A stretch of 64,000 nt of DNA from a virus (taxonomy: Duplodnaviria > Heunggongvirae > Uroviricota > Caudoviricetes), in the IMG/VR virus record IMGVR_UViG_3300043119_000732; one strand, 5' to 3'. Positions 36,684-47,149 of this stretch are shown piece after piece. The notes beneath the pieces were generated by a model, which saw nothing but the letters and a program-made list of their open reading frames with translations, was not told the DNA's origin and ran no database searches. The translations under genes and the position numbers were made by a program. Each line of letters begins with the position of its first letter. The stretch's first letter is position 1.

Positions 36684-37031
36684 TTATTTCTTTAGTAGTA
36701 AGTTACCTGTTTTTGGACACTTTAGTAATGTCACCCCTGTTCTACCTAAACGCTTAGGTTTACCGTCAAAATTTATACCAAATGTTTGTTTGATATATTG
36801 TAGGTCTTGAGGGCCGCAAAGTTGCTGACCACCTCTTACTTTTAGCTGCTCTATTTTTTGATTTTTAGAGTTATCCTTTTTATATACATCAGCAACTAGA
36901 TTCTGACGCTGGCGTCTGTAATATCTATCTGTATCTGTAAATCCATCTTTACGGTGTCTTGGCCCATTTACATAACGTCGTGTACCTGTTTTGGTAAACA
37001 TATCGTTATAAAATGTCTTAAAATTGTTCAT
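36684..37031 (-). CDS. Small basic head-associated protein (start 37031)
   Basis: Leader MNNFKTFYND; TAAATA-N5-ATG. Confidence 0.6.
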   Translation of the reverse strand: MNNFKTFYNDMFTKTGTRRYVNGPRHRKDGFTDTDRYYRRQRQNLVADVYKKDNSKNQKIEQLKVRGGQQLCGPQDLQYIKQTFGINFDGKPKRLGRTGVTLLKCPKTGNLLLKK

Positions 37032-37057
37032 ATTATTATTTATGTACAAAAAAATAC

Positions 37058-37084
37058 CTGCTAAATTTTTAGCAGGTATTTTAT
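37058..37084. terminator. Intrinsic terminator hairpin
   Basis: ATACCTGCTAA-AT-TTTAGCAGGTAT inverted repeat with A/T runs, downstream of 37101..37934(-). Confidence 0.7.
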
Positions 37085-37100
37085 TAAACTAAACTAATTC

Positions 37101-37934
37101 TTATTCAAAAGCTGATGCACCAGCTTTGATCTTAGAAGCTGAAACCTTATGATTTGAAGGCTTAATTAAAGACTCACCCTTTGAATCAGCAAGTGTACCG
37201 TCATTACCTACTTTATCGGTAACCTTTGCATCGGCCTTACCTTTTACGGCCTTTACGGTACCAACTTCGTTGTTCTTTGCCTTGTTTAAGCCTTTTTCGA
37301 GCTTTGCTTCATCTTTGATAGCATGTCCAATTTCTTCAACTTCAGTTGCTTCACCCATTGAGTGTTCTTCATCTTCGTACATTTCTTCATCTTCACTAGC
37401 ACCTTCTTCGGTACCGACATCTTCTTCAGTTTCGGTAGAACCACCATCTACCTGTGCTAAAATATCTCTTAGAAGAGATACATGTTCAGGTGATAATGTA
37501 ATTGTTACTGTGCCTTCGTCGGATGCTTCTGTATCAGATTCATCTGCCATATCTACACCAAGTGCCTCTGCATCTTGGAGCTCTTGATCATTCATTACCT
37601 CTTCAAACAATTTGTCGAAAATAGATTTCATATAATTATTTATCGTATTTGATGCTGTTTTTTCAATACCCTCATCGATTTTTTCATCACTCAATGAGAA
37701 TTTAGCTATTTCTTTAGATTCTTTACTCGATTTTTTTCTAGGGTCTAATATATCCTTAACACCATCAGCATTTTCAGGACCTGAATCTTTGTGTTGAAAC
37801 TTTTTATTTGCTTCGTCATTAAGCTCCTTTGCACCAGTACCAGGCTTTGTATTCATTTTTGCTGACTTTTTTTCTAAAATTACGGAATTCTTATATGTAT
37901 CCCATATTTCAAGAAGATTATTTGATTTAGACAT
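37101..37934 (-). CDS. Acidic prohead core/scaffold-like or internal head protein (start 37934)
   Basis: Very E/D-rich; leader ending VILE; TAAATA-N5-ATG. Confidence 0.55.
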   Translation of the reverse strand: MSKSNNLLEIWDTYKNSVILEKKSAKMNTKPGTGAKELNDEANKKFQHKDSGPENADGVKDILDPRKKSSKESKEIAKFSLSDEKIDEGIEKTASNTINNYMKSIFDKLFEEVMNDQELQDAEALGVDMADESDTEASDEGTVTITLSPEHVSLLRDILAQVDGGSTETEEDVGTEEGASEDEEMYEDEEHSMGEATEVEEIGHAIKDEAKLEKGLNKAKNNEVGTVKAVKGKADAKVTDKVGNDGTLADSKGESLIKPSNHKVSASKIKAGASAFE

Positions 37935-37952
37935 GTAAATATTTAATGCATC

Positions 37953-39641
37953 ATGATAAAGAATAATCAAAATTACTTAAATAATCCGAATTTACCTGCA
38001 GAGGGTGCTGTTCATGAGTATGATGCTGAAAAGGTAAAAGAGTTAAAAAAATGTCAGCAAAACATATTACATTTTGCTGAGAACTACTTTTTTATACGTA
38101 ACGTAGATGAAGGTAAAATAAAGATTAATTTACACAAATATCAAAAAAGGATATTAAGAAAATTAAGAGATAGTAGGTTCTTTGTTTTGTTATCAGGGAG
38201 ACAGGCCGGAAAATCTACAATCATGACAATATATGCACTCTGGATAGCATGTTTTCAAGAGTGGCAGAATGTTTTAATTGTTGCCAATAAAGAATCTACA
38301 GCTATTGAAATTCTTAAGAGAATCAAACTTGCATATGAAGAATTACCTAACTGGTTAAAGCCGGGTGTTAAAAAATGGGCAGAAACATCTGTTGTCTTTG
38401 AAAATGGTTCAGAGATTTTAATATCTACCACAACCAGTTCAGCTGCAAGAGGTATGTCAATAAATGTTTTAATTATTGATGAAGCTGCGCATATTGAGCC
38501 TGCAAGTATGCTTGAAGCTTTTTGGAGATCTGTATTCCCAGTAGTTTCTTCTTCTAAGAAAGCTAAAATTTTTATGGTATCTACGCCAAATGGTACAGGT
38601 AACCTTTTTCATAAGACTTTTACTGAAGCTGAAGCAAGCATAAATGGTTGGGGGTTTGATAGAGTAGATTGGAAAGAAGTACCTGGAAGAGATGAGAGAT
38701 GGAAGAGAGATCAAATATTAGCTATGGGTGACTATAATTCCTACCTTCAAGAGTTTGAAGCTGTATTTCTTGATAGTGGTGATAGTACTATTAATGAAGA
38801 GTTATACGATAGATTGAAGTCTTTTGTAAGAGACCCGCTATATATAATGGATGAAGGTTGCTACAAGATATTTGACGAACCTAAAGATAATAGAATATAT
38901 GTAGCAGGTGTAGATGTAAGTGAAGGTGTTGGTGGAGATTACTCAGCTATTAATATATTTGATATAACTAACTTATTAGAGATCAAACAGGTAGCTTATT
39001 ATGCCAACAATACTATTACACCACATCTTTTTACCAAAAAGCTTGATGAAGTGCTAACACAATGGGGTAAACCTCTAGTTTGTATTGAACGCAACAATCA
39101 AGGGGCACAAGTTGTAGATAATCTAAGGAACATATACAGTTACGAAAATATAGTATCTTGGGGTGCATCTGAAGCTGGTAGATCAAAATCACAACTAGGT
39201 ATTATAAATCACACAAATACTAAGCAAAAAGGTGTGGGTAATATGAGATATTGGGTTAACACTCTAAGATGTGTGGAGTTTAGAGATATTAATATAGTTA
39301 AAGAACTTAAAGACTTTATCAGATACCCAAATGGTACTTGGGCAGCTAAAAAAGGTGCAAACTATCATGATGATTTAGTAATGTCAATGGTATGGGCACT
39401 AATTGTATTAGAAGATTCATTAGTTCAAAAATACTTTGAAGTTACACGTGTTGATGATAATAGACGCCCACTTGAGATTAAAGCTCTAGACTATGGTATC
39501 AAATATAATGTAATGTCGAATAGCATGTATAACGAAACAGATAATATAAATAGTGGTATGCCTACAATAATGGGCGGTTTAGTCAGTGATAATTCAGATG
39601 AAGTAAACTGGCTGCAAGCTCAAGGATGGAAAACTCTATAA
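37953..39641 (+). CDS. gp17: Terminase large subunit (gp17-like)
   Basis: RQAGKST, IDEAAHI, STPNG, QEFE..F, GVDVSEG.G.DYS, IERN, HDD.VM. Confidence 0.95.
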   Translation: MIKNNQNYLNNPNLPAEGAVHEYDAEKVKELKKCQQNILHFAENYFFIRNVDEGKIKINLHKYQKRILRKLRDSRFFVLLSGRQAGKSTIMTIYALWIACFQEWQNVLIVANKESTAIEILKRIKLAYEELPNWLKPGVKKWAETSVVFENGSEILISTTTSSAARGMSINVLIIDEAAHIEPASMLEAFWRSVFPVVSSSKKAKIFMVSTPNGTGNLFHKTFTEAEASINGWGFDRVDWKEVPGRDERWKRDQILAMGDYNSYLQEFEAVFLDSGDSTINEELYDRLKSFVRDPLYIMDEGCYKIFDEPKDNRIYVAGVDVSEGVGGDYSAINIFDITNLLEIKQVAYYANNTITPHLFTKKLDEVLTQWGKPLVCIERNNQGAQVVDNLRNIYSYENIVSWGASEAGRSKSQLGIINHTNTKQKGVGNMRYWVNTLRCVEFRDINIVKELKDFIRYPNGTWAAKKGANYHDDLVMSMVWALIVLEDSLVQKYFEVTRVDDNRRPLEIKALDYGIKYNVMSNSMYNETDNINSGMPTIMGGLVSDNSDEVNWLQAQGWKTL

Positions 39642-40213
39642 TGGATACATTTCAACAGTCACAATTAAACAAAAGCAGAAAAGATAAGTTTTTAATGGTA
39701 TTAAGCCTACCTACTATCTTAAAGAAGATTAATACATCTAACTTGAGTGAGAGATCAAAGAGTATTCTAAACTTAAATTCGCTACAATTCTCCATATACG
39801 GTACTGTTATACCTTCAGTTATTGTACCACCTGCAGTTGCTGGATATGCAGGTCAAAATTATAAAGTATCAACACATAGCAGGCCGCCTTATGATGATTT
39901 AACAGTAAACTTTACTGTAGATAACCTATTTACAAACTACTGGGTAATATATAAATGGTTAGATCTACTAAATGATGACTCTAAATCTTATTATAATGCT
40001 GACGATTTAGCAGGTAAAAATATACCTGCTAATTATCAAACAGATATTGTAGTTTATGCAAAAGATGAATTTGATAAGAATATTATGAAGTTTACATATA
40101 CTAAAGCATTTCCTACCGGGTTAGGTGGTTTTGACTATTCTTATAGAGATTCCGAAGAAATAGGATCTAACGTTACTTTCGCATTCTCCCAATTTATTTC
40201 TGAACCTCTATAA
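39641..40213 (+). CDS. Tail tube-family protein (gp3-like tail terminator/completion protein)
   Basis: Y.DLTVNFTVD...NYW.IYKWL, F.AFPT.LG...YS..D...VTF.F; the start probably overlaps the terminase stop (TAATG). Confidence 0.7.
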   Translation: MDTFQQSQLNKSRKDKFLMVLSLPTILKKINTSNLSERSKSILNLNSLQFSIYGTVIPSVIVPPAVAGYAGQNYKVSTHSRPPYDDLTVNFTVDNLFTNYWVIYKWLDLLNDDSKSYYNADDLAGKNIPANYQTDIVVYAKDEFDKNIMKFTYTKAFPTGLGGFDYSYRDSEEIGSNVTFAFSQFISEPL

Positions 40214-40898
40214 ACTTTACAATAGTACCCTTTGGGTAGTTGTGTTTTGTGTTAGGTAAAATTCTTTTTACTACATGTATTCCATGCTGCTTTAATGTGC
40301 AAAGTGTAGAGGTTTCAAATCTTGTCTTTTTAAAAAAATCCTGCTCTGTATGGTATATATCTACACTAGGTCTTCCGCCAGGTATTGTTATTTCTAAATT
40401 AATAGGTGTATAATTTTTACGGTTTACTAAATTCTTTTTACGACCATCAGATTGCTTTTTATATATCTTTTCTTTTTCCTCTTCAGACTTAGCCTGTAAC
40501 GTTTGTTTATGGGCTAAATTTCTTATTTGTTGTCTGCTGGGTGATAATCTTCTTTTGCTATGTATTTTTTGAATCTCTTCCGAGCTCTTAAACTTCATCC
40601 AACCACTACCACCTGAATAAGATAACGTTAAGTTAAGACATTTATCTTTTAATACGTTCATAGATTGCAATATAAATTCTTCCTCAATATGTATTAAGTG
40701 CTCTAATTTAAGACAGGAACATAAAACGGTATATCTAAAAGTTTGATGTTTATTAAAGACATTTTGCATCTTCTTGTTAACGTGTGTGCCCTTGATTAAC
40801 CCTCTTACATGTTGTCTTCTTCTTTCTTCAGGGCCTTTTTTATTATATGTTGATCCTATGTATTCATAATCATCTATATTTATCTTATATATCCACAT
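40194..40898 (-). CDS. GIY-YIG homing endonuclease (Seg-like)
   Basis: WIYKI....YIGST...R..QH...L..G.H.N..MQ...K; TAAATA-N5-ATG. Confidence 0.82.
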   Translation of the reverse strand: MWIYKINIDDYEYIGSTYNKKGPEERRRQHVRGLIKGTHVNKKMQNVFNKHQTFRYTVLCSCLKLEHLIHIEEEFILQSMNVLKDKCLNLTLSYSGGSGWMKFKSSEEIQKIHSKRRLSPSRQQIRNLAHKQTLQAKSEEEKEKIYKKQSDGRKKNLVNRKNYTPINLEITIPGGRPSVDIYHTEQDFFKKTRFETSTLCTLKQHGIHVVKRILPNTKHNYPKGTIVKFIEVQK

Positions 40899-40978
40899 AA
40901 TATTATTTATTGAAACACCCGGTGTTTTATTTTTAGTGTCATAAAAAAACAGGCAAGGGAGACATAAATAACTATAGA

Positions 40979-43333
40979 ATGAAAACTATTGAGTCGCCAG
41001 GCGTACAAATTAATGAAATCGATCTATCTCTCAGAGCTACAACTCCAGTGGGTACAAATGTACTCGTTACTGGTTTCGCTCAAAAAGGTCCTTCAGATGA
41101 AATAATCCAAGTAACTACATTAAGTGAGTTTGAACAAATATATGGTATCCCACAAACTCCTGCAGAAAGATATTTTTATCACACTGCTAGACCATTATTT
41201 AACACAGCAGGTAAGATATTTACATATAGATTACCATACGGTGGGAATTCCGGTAATGGGTTCGGTGCAGCATATGGTGCCCTTGTTTATCCAGCATCCG
41301 CTGTAAGCATTAGAAGTGATAATTTTGGAACAGCATTATCAACATATACACAACAACAATCAGGTGCATTATATGTAATCGGTAGACCAACACACTTTGA
41401 GCTAAGCCGTGATCAATATAATGATATATTACAGCAAAAAACATTTAGCTGGTCAAATAATTTTACATCTACATTTGCATCCAGCGCTGATTTAGGTAAA
41501 GCTGCAATAATCATACTAAACAAATCACAAACTACAATTGATAATCTTTACCAAGGTTACTATGTGGGTGTTATTGATAATTCTAATCTTTCACCTGCTA
41601 CTAACTTTGATGGTATATTAGATGTAAGATCTGTATCACAATCTGCAAATCAAACAACAAATTACACAACTATACCTGAAACCAGACTCGGTTTTGCACT
41701 ATCAGCCATATCAGATGCTAATACAATAACATTTGGTCAAAATAACGATAGTATATCAGAAGTAATGGAGAACTTGAGCAAGTTCGACGTTTCAACTTCC
41801 GATTATGATGATACATTAAGTTTAGGTATGTTTAAACTTAGACAGTCAGTATTTGCACCTGATACTATTACACTAGATTATATTCTATCAGAACAATACG
41901 TTGCTTCCCTAGACTACTATAGACAAATAAATTCACAAACTGGTGGTGCTCCACTAAGCTTCTTCTTAGAAACATCAGAAGATCAATCACCAAATATTAC
42001 ATTACTTGTAAACGAAAATCTTTCACACAAGAATGGTTCTACATGGTTAGGTCTAGATGGTAAACCAACCAATAAAGTAAGAATGACTTCTAGAAAGTTT
42101 GTAGATGATACTTACTTCTCAACAGTATCTAGCAGATTTGGTATAACAACTAATCAGCAGTTATCCACTATGCGATATGCACTAACTGCAATTAGTAATA
42201 ATTTAGGTAATGCTGATAGCTTATTTGCAGCTGGTTCTTTTCTAGATAGCAATCCAAAGACAGCAGAATTAGGAACAATTCCATCAAAAATCGATAGATT
42301 ACTCGATGTTGTATCTAACGTTGAATTATTCAATTTTGATCTTGTAGTTGATGGTGGTATATCTACAATCAATGCTGTCAGCCAGTATTTATCTGCTACA
42401 ACAGGTGTAAAATATTTTGATGACACAGTAAACGTATCAGCAATTTCTGGACTATACGTTACTGACCCTTCAAATGTAACAGGTGCAGGTCTAACATTTA
42501 GAGATGATTGGAAAACAATATTTGATAGATTTGCTAATTTTGCACAATTTGCAAGACAAGATTGCTTCTTTGTTGCTGATGCACCAAGACATGTATTTGT
42601 TCAAGGCGCAAACTTCAAGGTATTAGAAGATTCAAATGCTAATTTCTCACAAAATATGTTTAATCCATTACGTAACATTGTAAGCGTTTGTAATACAAGT
42701 TACGCAACAGTTTACGCTAACTGGGTTAAAGTATATGATACAGCTCTTGACGATCAGACATGGGTACCTTTCTCAGGTACAGCTGCATCTAATATGGTAA
42801 ATACTGATACAAACTTCCAGCCATGGTTTGCACCAGCAGGCTTTACAAGAGGTTTAGTAACTGGTGTTAACGATATTGCAATATATCCAACACAAAAGCA
42901 AAGAGATCAGCTATACAGAGTATCAATAAACCCAGTAGCATTCTTCCCAAATGACGGTTTCGTTATATACGGTCAGAAGACACTACAAAAGAAACCAAGT
43001 GCATTTGATAGAATTAATGTACGTAGATTGTTCTTAAATCTTGAGAAGGCAGTACGTGATACAGTAAAGTACTTCGTATTTGAACCAAATACCCTCTTAA
43101 CAAGAACAAGAGTAATCAATACATTAACACCTATATTTGAAAATGCTAAGAATACAGAAGGTGTTTATGATTACCTAATCGTATGTGATGAAAGAAATAA
43201 TCCACCTGCTGTTATTGATAATAACGAGCTGGTTGTTGACATTTATTTAAAGCCTGTACGCGCTGCAGAGTTTATATTAGTAAACTTTTACGCTACACGT
43301 ACCGATACCAACTTCCAAGAATTAGTTGGTTAA
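40979..43333 (+). CDS. gp18: Contractile tail sheath protein (gp18-like)
   Basis: SPGVQINEID, PWFAPAGFTRG, INP, YGQKT, DRINVRRL, VKYFVFEPN, LKPVRAAEFI. Confidence 0.96.
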   Translation: MKTIESPGVQINEIDLSLRATTPVGTNVLVTGFAQKGPSDEIIQVTTLSEFEQIYGIPQTPAERYFYHTARPLFNTAGKIFTYRLPYGGNSGNGFGAAYGALVYPASAVSIRSDNFGTALSTYTQQQSGALYVIGRPTHFELSRDQYNDILQQKTFSWSNNFTSTFASSADLGKAAIIILNKSQTTIDNLYQGYYVGVIDNSNLSPATNFDGILDVRSVSQSANQTTNYTTIPETRLGFALSAISDANTITFGQNNDSISEVMENLSKFDVSTSDYDDTLSLGMFKLRQSVFAPDTITLDYILSEQYVASLDYYRQINSQTGGAPLSFFLETSEDQSPNITLLVNENLSHKNGSTWLGLDGKPTNKVRMTSRKFVDDTYFSTVSSRFGITTNQQLSTMRYALTAISNNLGNADSLFAAGSFLDSNPKTAELGTIPSKIDRLLDVVSNVELFNFDLVVDGGISTINAVSQYLSATTGVKYFDDTVNVSAISGLYVTDPSNVTGAGLTFRDDWKTIFDRFANFAQFARQDCFFVADAPRHVFVQGANFKVLEDSNANFSQNMFNPLRNIVSVCNTSYATVYANWVKVYDTALDDQTWVPFSGTAASNMVNTDTNFQPWFAPAGFTRGLVTGVNDIAIYPTQKQRDQLYRVSINPVAFFPNDGFVIYGQKTLQKKPSAFDRINVRRLFLNLEKAVRDTVKYFVFEPNTLLTRTRVINTLTPIFENAKNTEGVYDYLIVCDERNNPPAVIDNNELVVDIYLKPVRAAEFILVNFYATRTDTNFQELVG

Positions 43334-43361
43334 CTATAAAATACATCTCATAAATTAAATT

Positions 43362-43391
43362 AAATCCCTTAGAATATTCTAAGGGATTTTT
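43362..43391 (+). terminator. Intrinsic terminator after the sheath gene
   Basis: AAATCCCTTAGAATATTCTAAGGGATTT perfect palindrome followed by T residues. Confidence 0.8.
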
Positions 43392-43507
43392 CATGGATAT
43401 TTTTAGTTATATACTATTATATCATATAAATTTAATATAGTATTTACAACAAATACATAACAGCAATAGTATTGAAGTAGAACAATTTAAAAATTTTAAG
43501 AATATTT

Positions 43508-43654
43508 ATGAGACCTTATAAACATGATCCTGATGCATGTCGTAATAAATCGAAACGGGAAAGAATAAAAGAAACAAGGGCTAAGCGCAATAGACGTAGA
43601 TTTTATATACAAGGTTCCTATAGAAACGACTGGTCTGAACACGCCCGCAAATAA
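43508..43654 (+). CDS. Arg/Lys-rich 48-aa peptide, not in the track
   Basis: Manual translation MRPYKHDPDACRNKSKRERIKETRAKRNRRRFYIQGSYRNDWSEHARK*. Confidence 0.45.
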   Translation: MRPYKHDPDACRNKSKRERIKETRAKRNRRRFYIQGSYRNDWSEHARK

Positions 43655-43665
43655 ATATTATTAAT

Positions 43666-43863
43666 ATGAGCATATATACAGGACAAACAGTATACTTTTT
43701 TACAAAATTTAGCACAGAAGAAAAATCAGGTATTTTAGAAGAACAGACATCTTTAGGATTTAAGATTAGTGGAACATGGTACTCTACAGGTGATATAACT
43801 ATTAAGAACGTTCTTTTAGATAGCAAAATTCATTCAAATAATAGTCAATTATTGTTCGGGTGA
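43666..43863 (+). CDS. Small hypothetical protein
   Basis: ORF track; TAAATA 8 nt upstream. Confidence 0.55.
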   Translation: MSIYTGQTVYFFTKFSTEEKSGILEEQTSLGFKISGTWYSTGDITIKNVLLDSKIHSNNSQLLFG

Positions 43864-43879
43864 TTAAATAATAATACAT

Positions 43880-44425
43880 ATGGCAGACGTCAAACAAGGT
43901 ATACAAGACTTTTACACACAAGCCCAGGTTAAGGACTTTTCAAGAAATAACCTCTTTAGAGTATTGAATATTAACTTTGGTGATGGCAGCAGCACTGTAA
44001 TTGGTGAAACAGATTTAGTTTACTGCAGAACAGCATCTTTACCTGCAAAATCAATCGTAAACTTCCAAGCACCTTATATGGGGTTGAATTTCAACATACC
44101 TGGTGTTGTCCAATACCCTGGCAGTGAATCATACTCAATAAACTTTTATTGTGATGCTGCACAGCAATTAAGAGAGAAATTCTTAAGAGTTGTTGACGAT
44201 ACATTTAACGATGCTAATTCGACAGGTAACTATTTTACACCTAAAAAGTCAGCAGTAATTGACTTAGTTCAATTAGACAAACAGCTTAATAAAATAGCAC
44301 AATATCAACTCGTAGGTGTTAGTATTAGAGATGTTGCAGCACTTGAATATGATATGACTGCTACTGGTGAGTTGCAAAATTTTAACGTTACAGTAGCCTA
44401 CCATTACTGGCGCAAAACAGGTTAA
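43880..44425 (+). CDS. gp19: Tail tube protein (gp19-like)
   Basis: R.NLFRV, C..ASLP, G..F.IPG, W/Y.I.FY.D, Y.L.G...I....Y, F.VT.AY.YW; follows the sheath. Confidence 0.88.
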   Translation: MADVKQGIQDFYTQAQVKDFSRNNLFRVLNINFGDGSSTVIGETDLVYCRTASLPAKSIVNFQAPYMGLNFNIPGVVQYPGSESYSINFYCDAAQQLREKFLRVVDDTFNDANSTGNYFTPKKSAVIDLVQLDKQLNKIAQYQLVGVSIRDVAALEYDMTATGELQNFNVTVAYHYWRKTG

Positions 44426-44437
44426 TATACTTTTAAT

Positions 44438-44468
44438 AAAAAAACCTTACGATATCGTAAGGTTTTTT
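44438..44468. terminator. Intrinsic terminator after the tail tube gene
   Basis: AAAAAACCTTACGATATCGTAAGGTTTTTT perfect palindrome. Confidence 0.8.
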
Positions 44469-44477
44469 AATATCTAT

Positions 44478-44669
44478 ATGAAATTTAAAACATATTATAA
44501 TATAGAAGAACTATCAAAAAAGTACAATGTAGATAGAAACGAACTACAAAAAGGTATTAAGGTTGAAAAAGAACACACGACCGATGAAAAGATAGCGGCT
44601 AAAATTGCTTTAGATCACTTGTCAGAAGATCCAAAATATTATACAAAACTCATAAAAGCAGGTTTGTAA
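44478..44669 (+). CDS. DUF5661-like small phage protein
   Basis: EL.KG.KVE.EHT.D...A..IA.DHL.EDP.YY.KL. Confidence 0.75.
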   Translation: MKFKTYYNIEELSKKYNVDRNELQKGIKVEKEHTTDEKIAAKIALDHLSEDPKYYTKLIKAGL

Positions 44670-44681
44670 CTAAATATTAGT

Positions 44682-45557
44682 ATGTCCGGTATCTTAAATG
44701 CTACAGGTAATTTTATAACAGGTGCGTCCCAATTTGCTGGTGGTACACTAGCACAACCTAATGTACAGCTTTTTGGTATGAACATACCTGGTGTGCCATT
44801 AATAAGTTTTAGAGATTATTTTTTAACCTCTTTACAATCATGGGTAGGTACCATACCCTTAAGAACACAATTTATAGCTATATTCGATACATTTCCATCA
44901 GGCCTCAACACATCAATGATGAGAAGTTTAGAGTTCGTAGATGGTGATAAGAAAAACTTCGACATTGATAGAGCTAAAAAAATATTAACATCTACACCAA
45001 TGCAAGGTGTAGTAGGTTGTATCTTTTTACAAGGTGCAGATATACCCTCCGAAAATCTTGGAGTAGAAACAGCAACTATTGATAATAATAGAGGATTTAT
45101 ACCTGGTAGTGTATTAACTAATAGATCACCATTTACTGATCAACAATTAACTCTTCAGTTCATGGAAACAAACACTTCATTTACTGATCTAGTTATCAGA
45201 CCATGGCTAATAATGGCTTCACATTATGGTTATGTTGCAAGAGATCCCAATAATAAGGAAGAAATAAGAAAAAACCCTAAATGTAATATAACTCTTATAC
45301 AATACTCCAGATCCTATCAAAACCTATCAATGATTCCAAGAAAAGTCTGGAGTTTTTATGATTGTGTACCGTTAAATCTGTCAACAAGAAACCTAAAATA
45401 TGATACAGAAGGTATGGATACCTACAACGTATCTTTTACATATAGTAGATATGCTTTAAAAGATACACTTTATTTACCTTTACCAGATATAATTGACGCT
45501 ATATCTAATAGAGGTATCAAAGGTATCGTTCCTCGTATATCTCCATTCCAGAAATAA
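44682..45557 (+). CDS. Baseplate tail-tube initiator (gp54/gp48-like tube fold)
   Basis: L...F.ETN, IRPW, W.F..C.P..L, V.F.Y..Y tube-fold pattern; synteny. Confidence 0.6.
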   Translation: MSGILNATGNFITGASQFAGGTLAQPNVQLFGMNIPGVPLISFRDYFLTSLQSWVGTIPLRTQFIAIFDTFPSGLNTSMMRSLEFVDGDKKNFDIDRAKKILTSTPMQGVVGCIFLQGADIPSENLGVETATIDNNRGFIPGSVLTNRSPFTDQQLTLQFMETNTSFTDLVIRPWLIMASHYGYVARDPNNKEEIRKNPKCNITLIQYSRSYQNLSMIPRKVWSFYDCVPLNLSTRNLKYDTEGMDTYNVSFTYSRYALKDTLYLPLPDIIDAISNRGIKGIVPRISPFQK

Positions 45558-46366
45558 TGCACCTATATCCACACACAAAAGTTAGACTGTGCACTAAAGG
45601 TATAGATATAAAAATAAGAGAGTTGTCGTTTGTAGAATATAAGTCGTTTTGTAAGAGCTTATTTTCACACGAAAATATATCAGATCTTTCAGAACTATTT
45701 GATAATATAATACTAAAAACAACAGATATAACCTTTATACCTAACATTTTAGATAAAATAGTTATCCTAATTTTTATAAGAGAAATAACTATTGGTAAAC
45801 ACATATCCCTTCTGACTGATAATGTTACAGTAAATATTCCAACAGATATTATTCTAGATAAAATTAATAAAAAGATAGAGCCTATAGATGTAGCTGTAGA
45901 TGGTATTATATATCATATAGAACTACCTACTAATTTTACTGACACATTAGCAAATCCAGTAAGATTTATACAAAATAGTATATCTTCAGTTACGCTAAAA
46001 GAAGGTACTACAGTAGATCTACGATCACTAACAGAAGATGAACGAGAAAAAATACTGTCGTATCTACCTACAATACCAGTAACAGACATACATTCAAAAA
46101 TAACTTCCAAATATTCAAATTACTCAGTTACAATAAAATTAGATAAAGAATATGTAGTTCATTTACTTGATGGTTCATTTATTCACTTTTTTAAGTACAT
46201 ATACGACGAGAAGTATCAAAATGTACTCAACTTTGAATACGATCTAAGAAGGCATCTTAGATTTAATACTTATGATTTCGAAACAATGCCTTACCCTGAA
46301 TGTAAAATTTTAATAGACAAATTTAAAGAAGAGATTAAAACACAAGAAAAACAACAGGATGATTGA
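45557..46366 (+). CDS. Baseplate hub assembly protein (gp26/gp51-like)
   Basis: Synteny; C-terminal 'FETMPYPECKILI' resembles gp51-like chaperones. Confidence 0.45.
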   Translation: MHLYPHTKVRLCTKGIDIKIRELSFVEYKSFCKSLFSHENISDLSELFDNIILKTTDITFIPNILDKIVILIFIREITIGKHISLLTDNVTVNIPTDIILDKINKKIEPIDVAVDGIIYHIELPTNFTDTLANPVRFIQNSISSVTLKEGTTVDLRSLTEDEREKILSYLPTIPVTDIHSKITSKYSNYSVTIKLDKEYVVHLLDGSFIHFFKYIYDEKYQNVLNFEYDLRRHLRFNTYDFETMPYPECKILIDKFKEEIKTQEKQQDD

Positions 46367-46395
46367 TTAATACAAAGCCAATCATAAAATAATAC

Positions 46396-47130
46396 ATGAG
46401 CGAAAAATTTGATAATATTCTAAATGAGGTAAAAAAGATAAAAAAGCCTATAAGCGGGTTTTTACCAACTCTCAACAAAAGCGTAGATATTCTACCTGTT
46501 AGCTTATCTCAACAAAAAACTATTATCGAATCTACTATAGACACAACTATATCTTTACTAAATTTTAACTCTAATATATATAAGATAATAAACCAAAATA
46601 CACCTGATACACAGCAGATAACAACAATCGATAGAGTTAATCTAGTACTAACGCTAAGACAGCAAATGCAAGATGTAATAAAAATTGACGATAAATCTTT
46701 TAGTCTATCTAGTATAATTGATAAAAACTCTAGTGTAAAAATACCCTCTCTTACAAAGACTGTAGCAAGTAACAATTTTTTATTTACATTAAAAGTACCA
46801 ACTATTGAGATAGATAATAAGGTAAATCAACATATCCTTAAAATACATAAAGATAACGATGAAAGGATTAAGGGGTTTATAAGTGATTTATACGTTGGAG
46901 AGATACTTAAATTCGTAGAATCAATAAAAATACTATCTTCTGATACTGTTATTACAACATCAACATCTTCTACTGCTAACAATTTTACAATACTAGAAGC
47001 TATAGATTCATCAGAGTTTATTAATATTATAAAATTTATAACAGATATAAGAGAATTAGAAAAAGAGCTAACCAGAATACCTAATACAGAATATTACGTA
47101 GATATTTTGCCTGATCTATTTGTAATATAA
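46396..47130 (+). CDS. Baseplate hub subunit (gp26-like)
   Basis: LP.L...V...P.S..QQK.I; synteny. Confidence 0.5.
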   Translation: MSEKFDNILNEVKKIKKPISGFLPTLNKSVDILPVSLSQQKTIIESTIDTTISLLNFNSNIYKIINQNTPDTQQITTIDRVNLVLTLRQQMQDVIKIDDKSFSLSSIIDKNSSVKIPSLTKTVASNNFLFTLKVPTIEIDNKVNQHILKIHKDNDERIKGFISDLYVGEILKFVESIKILSSDTVITTSTSSTANNFTILEAIDSSEFINIIKFITDIRELEKELTRIPNTEYYVDILPDLFVI

Positions 47131-47149
47131 TCTAGTATTAAATAATTAC

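Noticed and set aside
12258-39641. Inteins or introns in PolB, UvsX, gp41, primase or terminase
   Set aside because: All have normal lengths and contiguous motifs, with no C...HN blocks at the usual sites.
40915-40929. AAACACC-C-GGTGTTT inverted repeat as an operator
   Set aside because: It is a single short instance with no second copy seen and no adjacent regulator.
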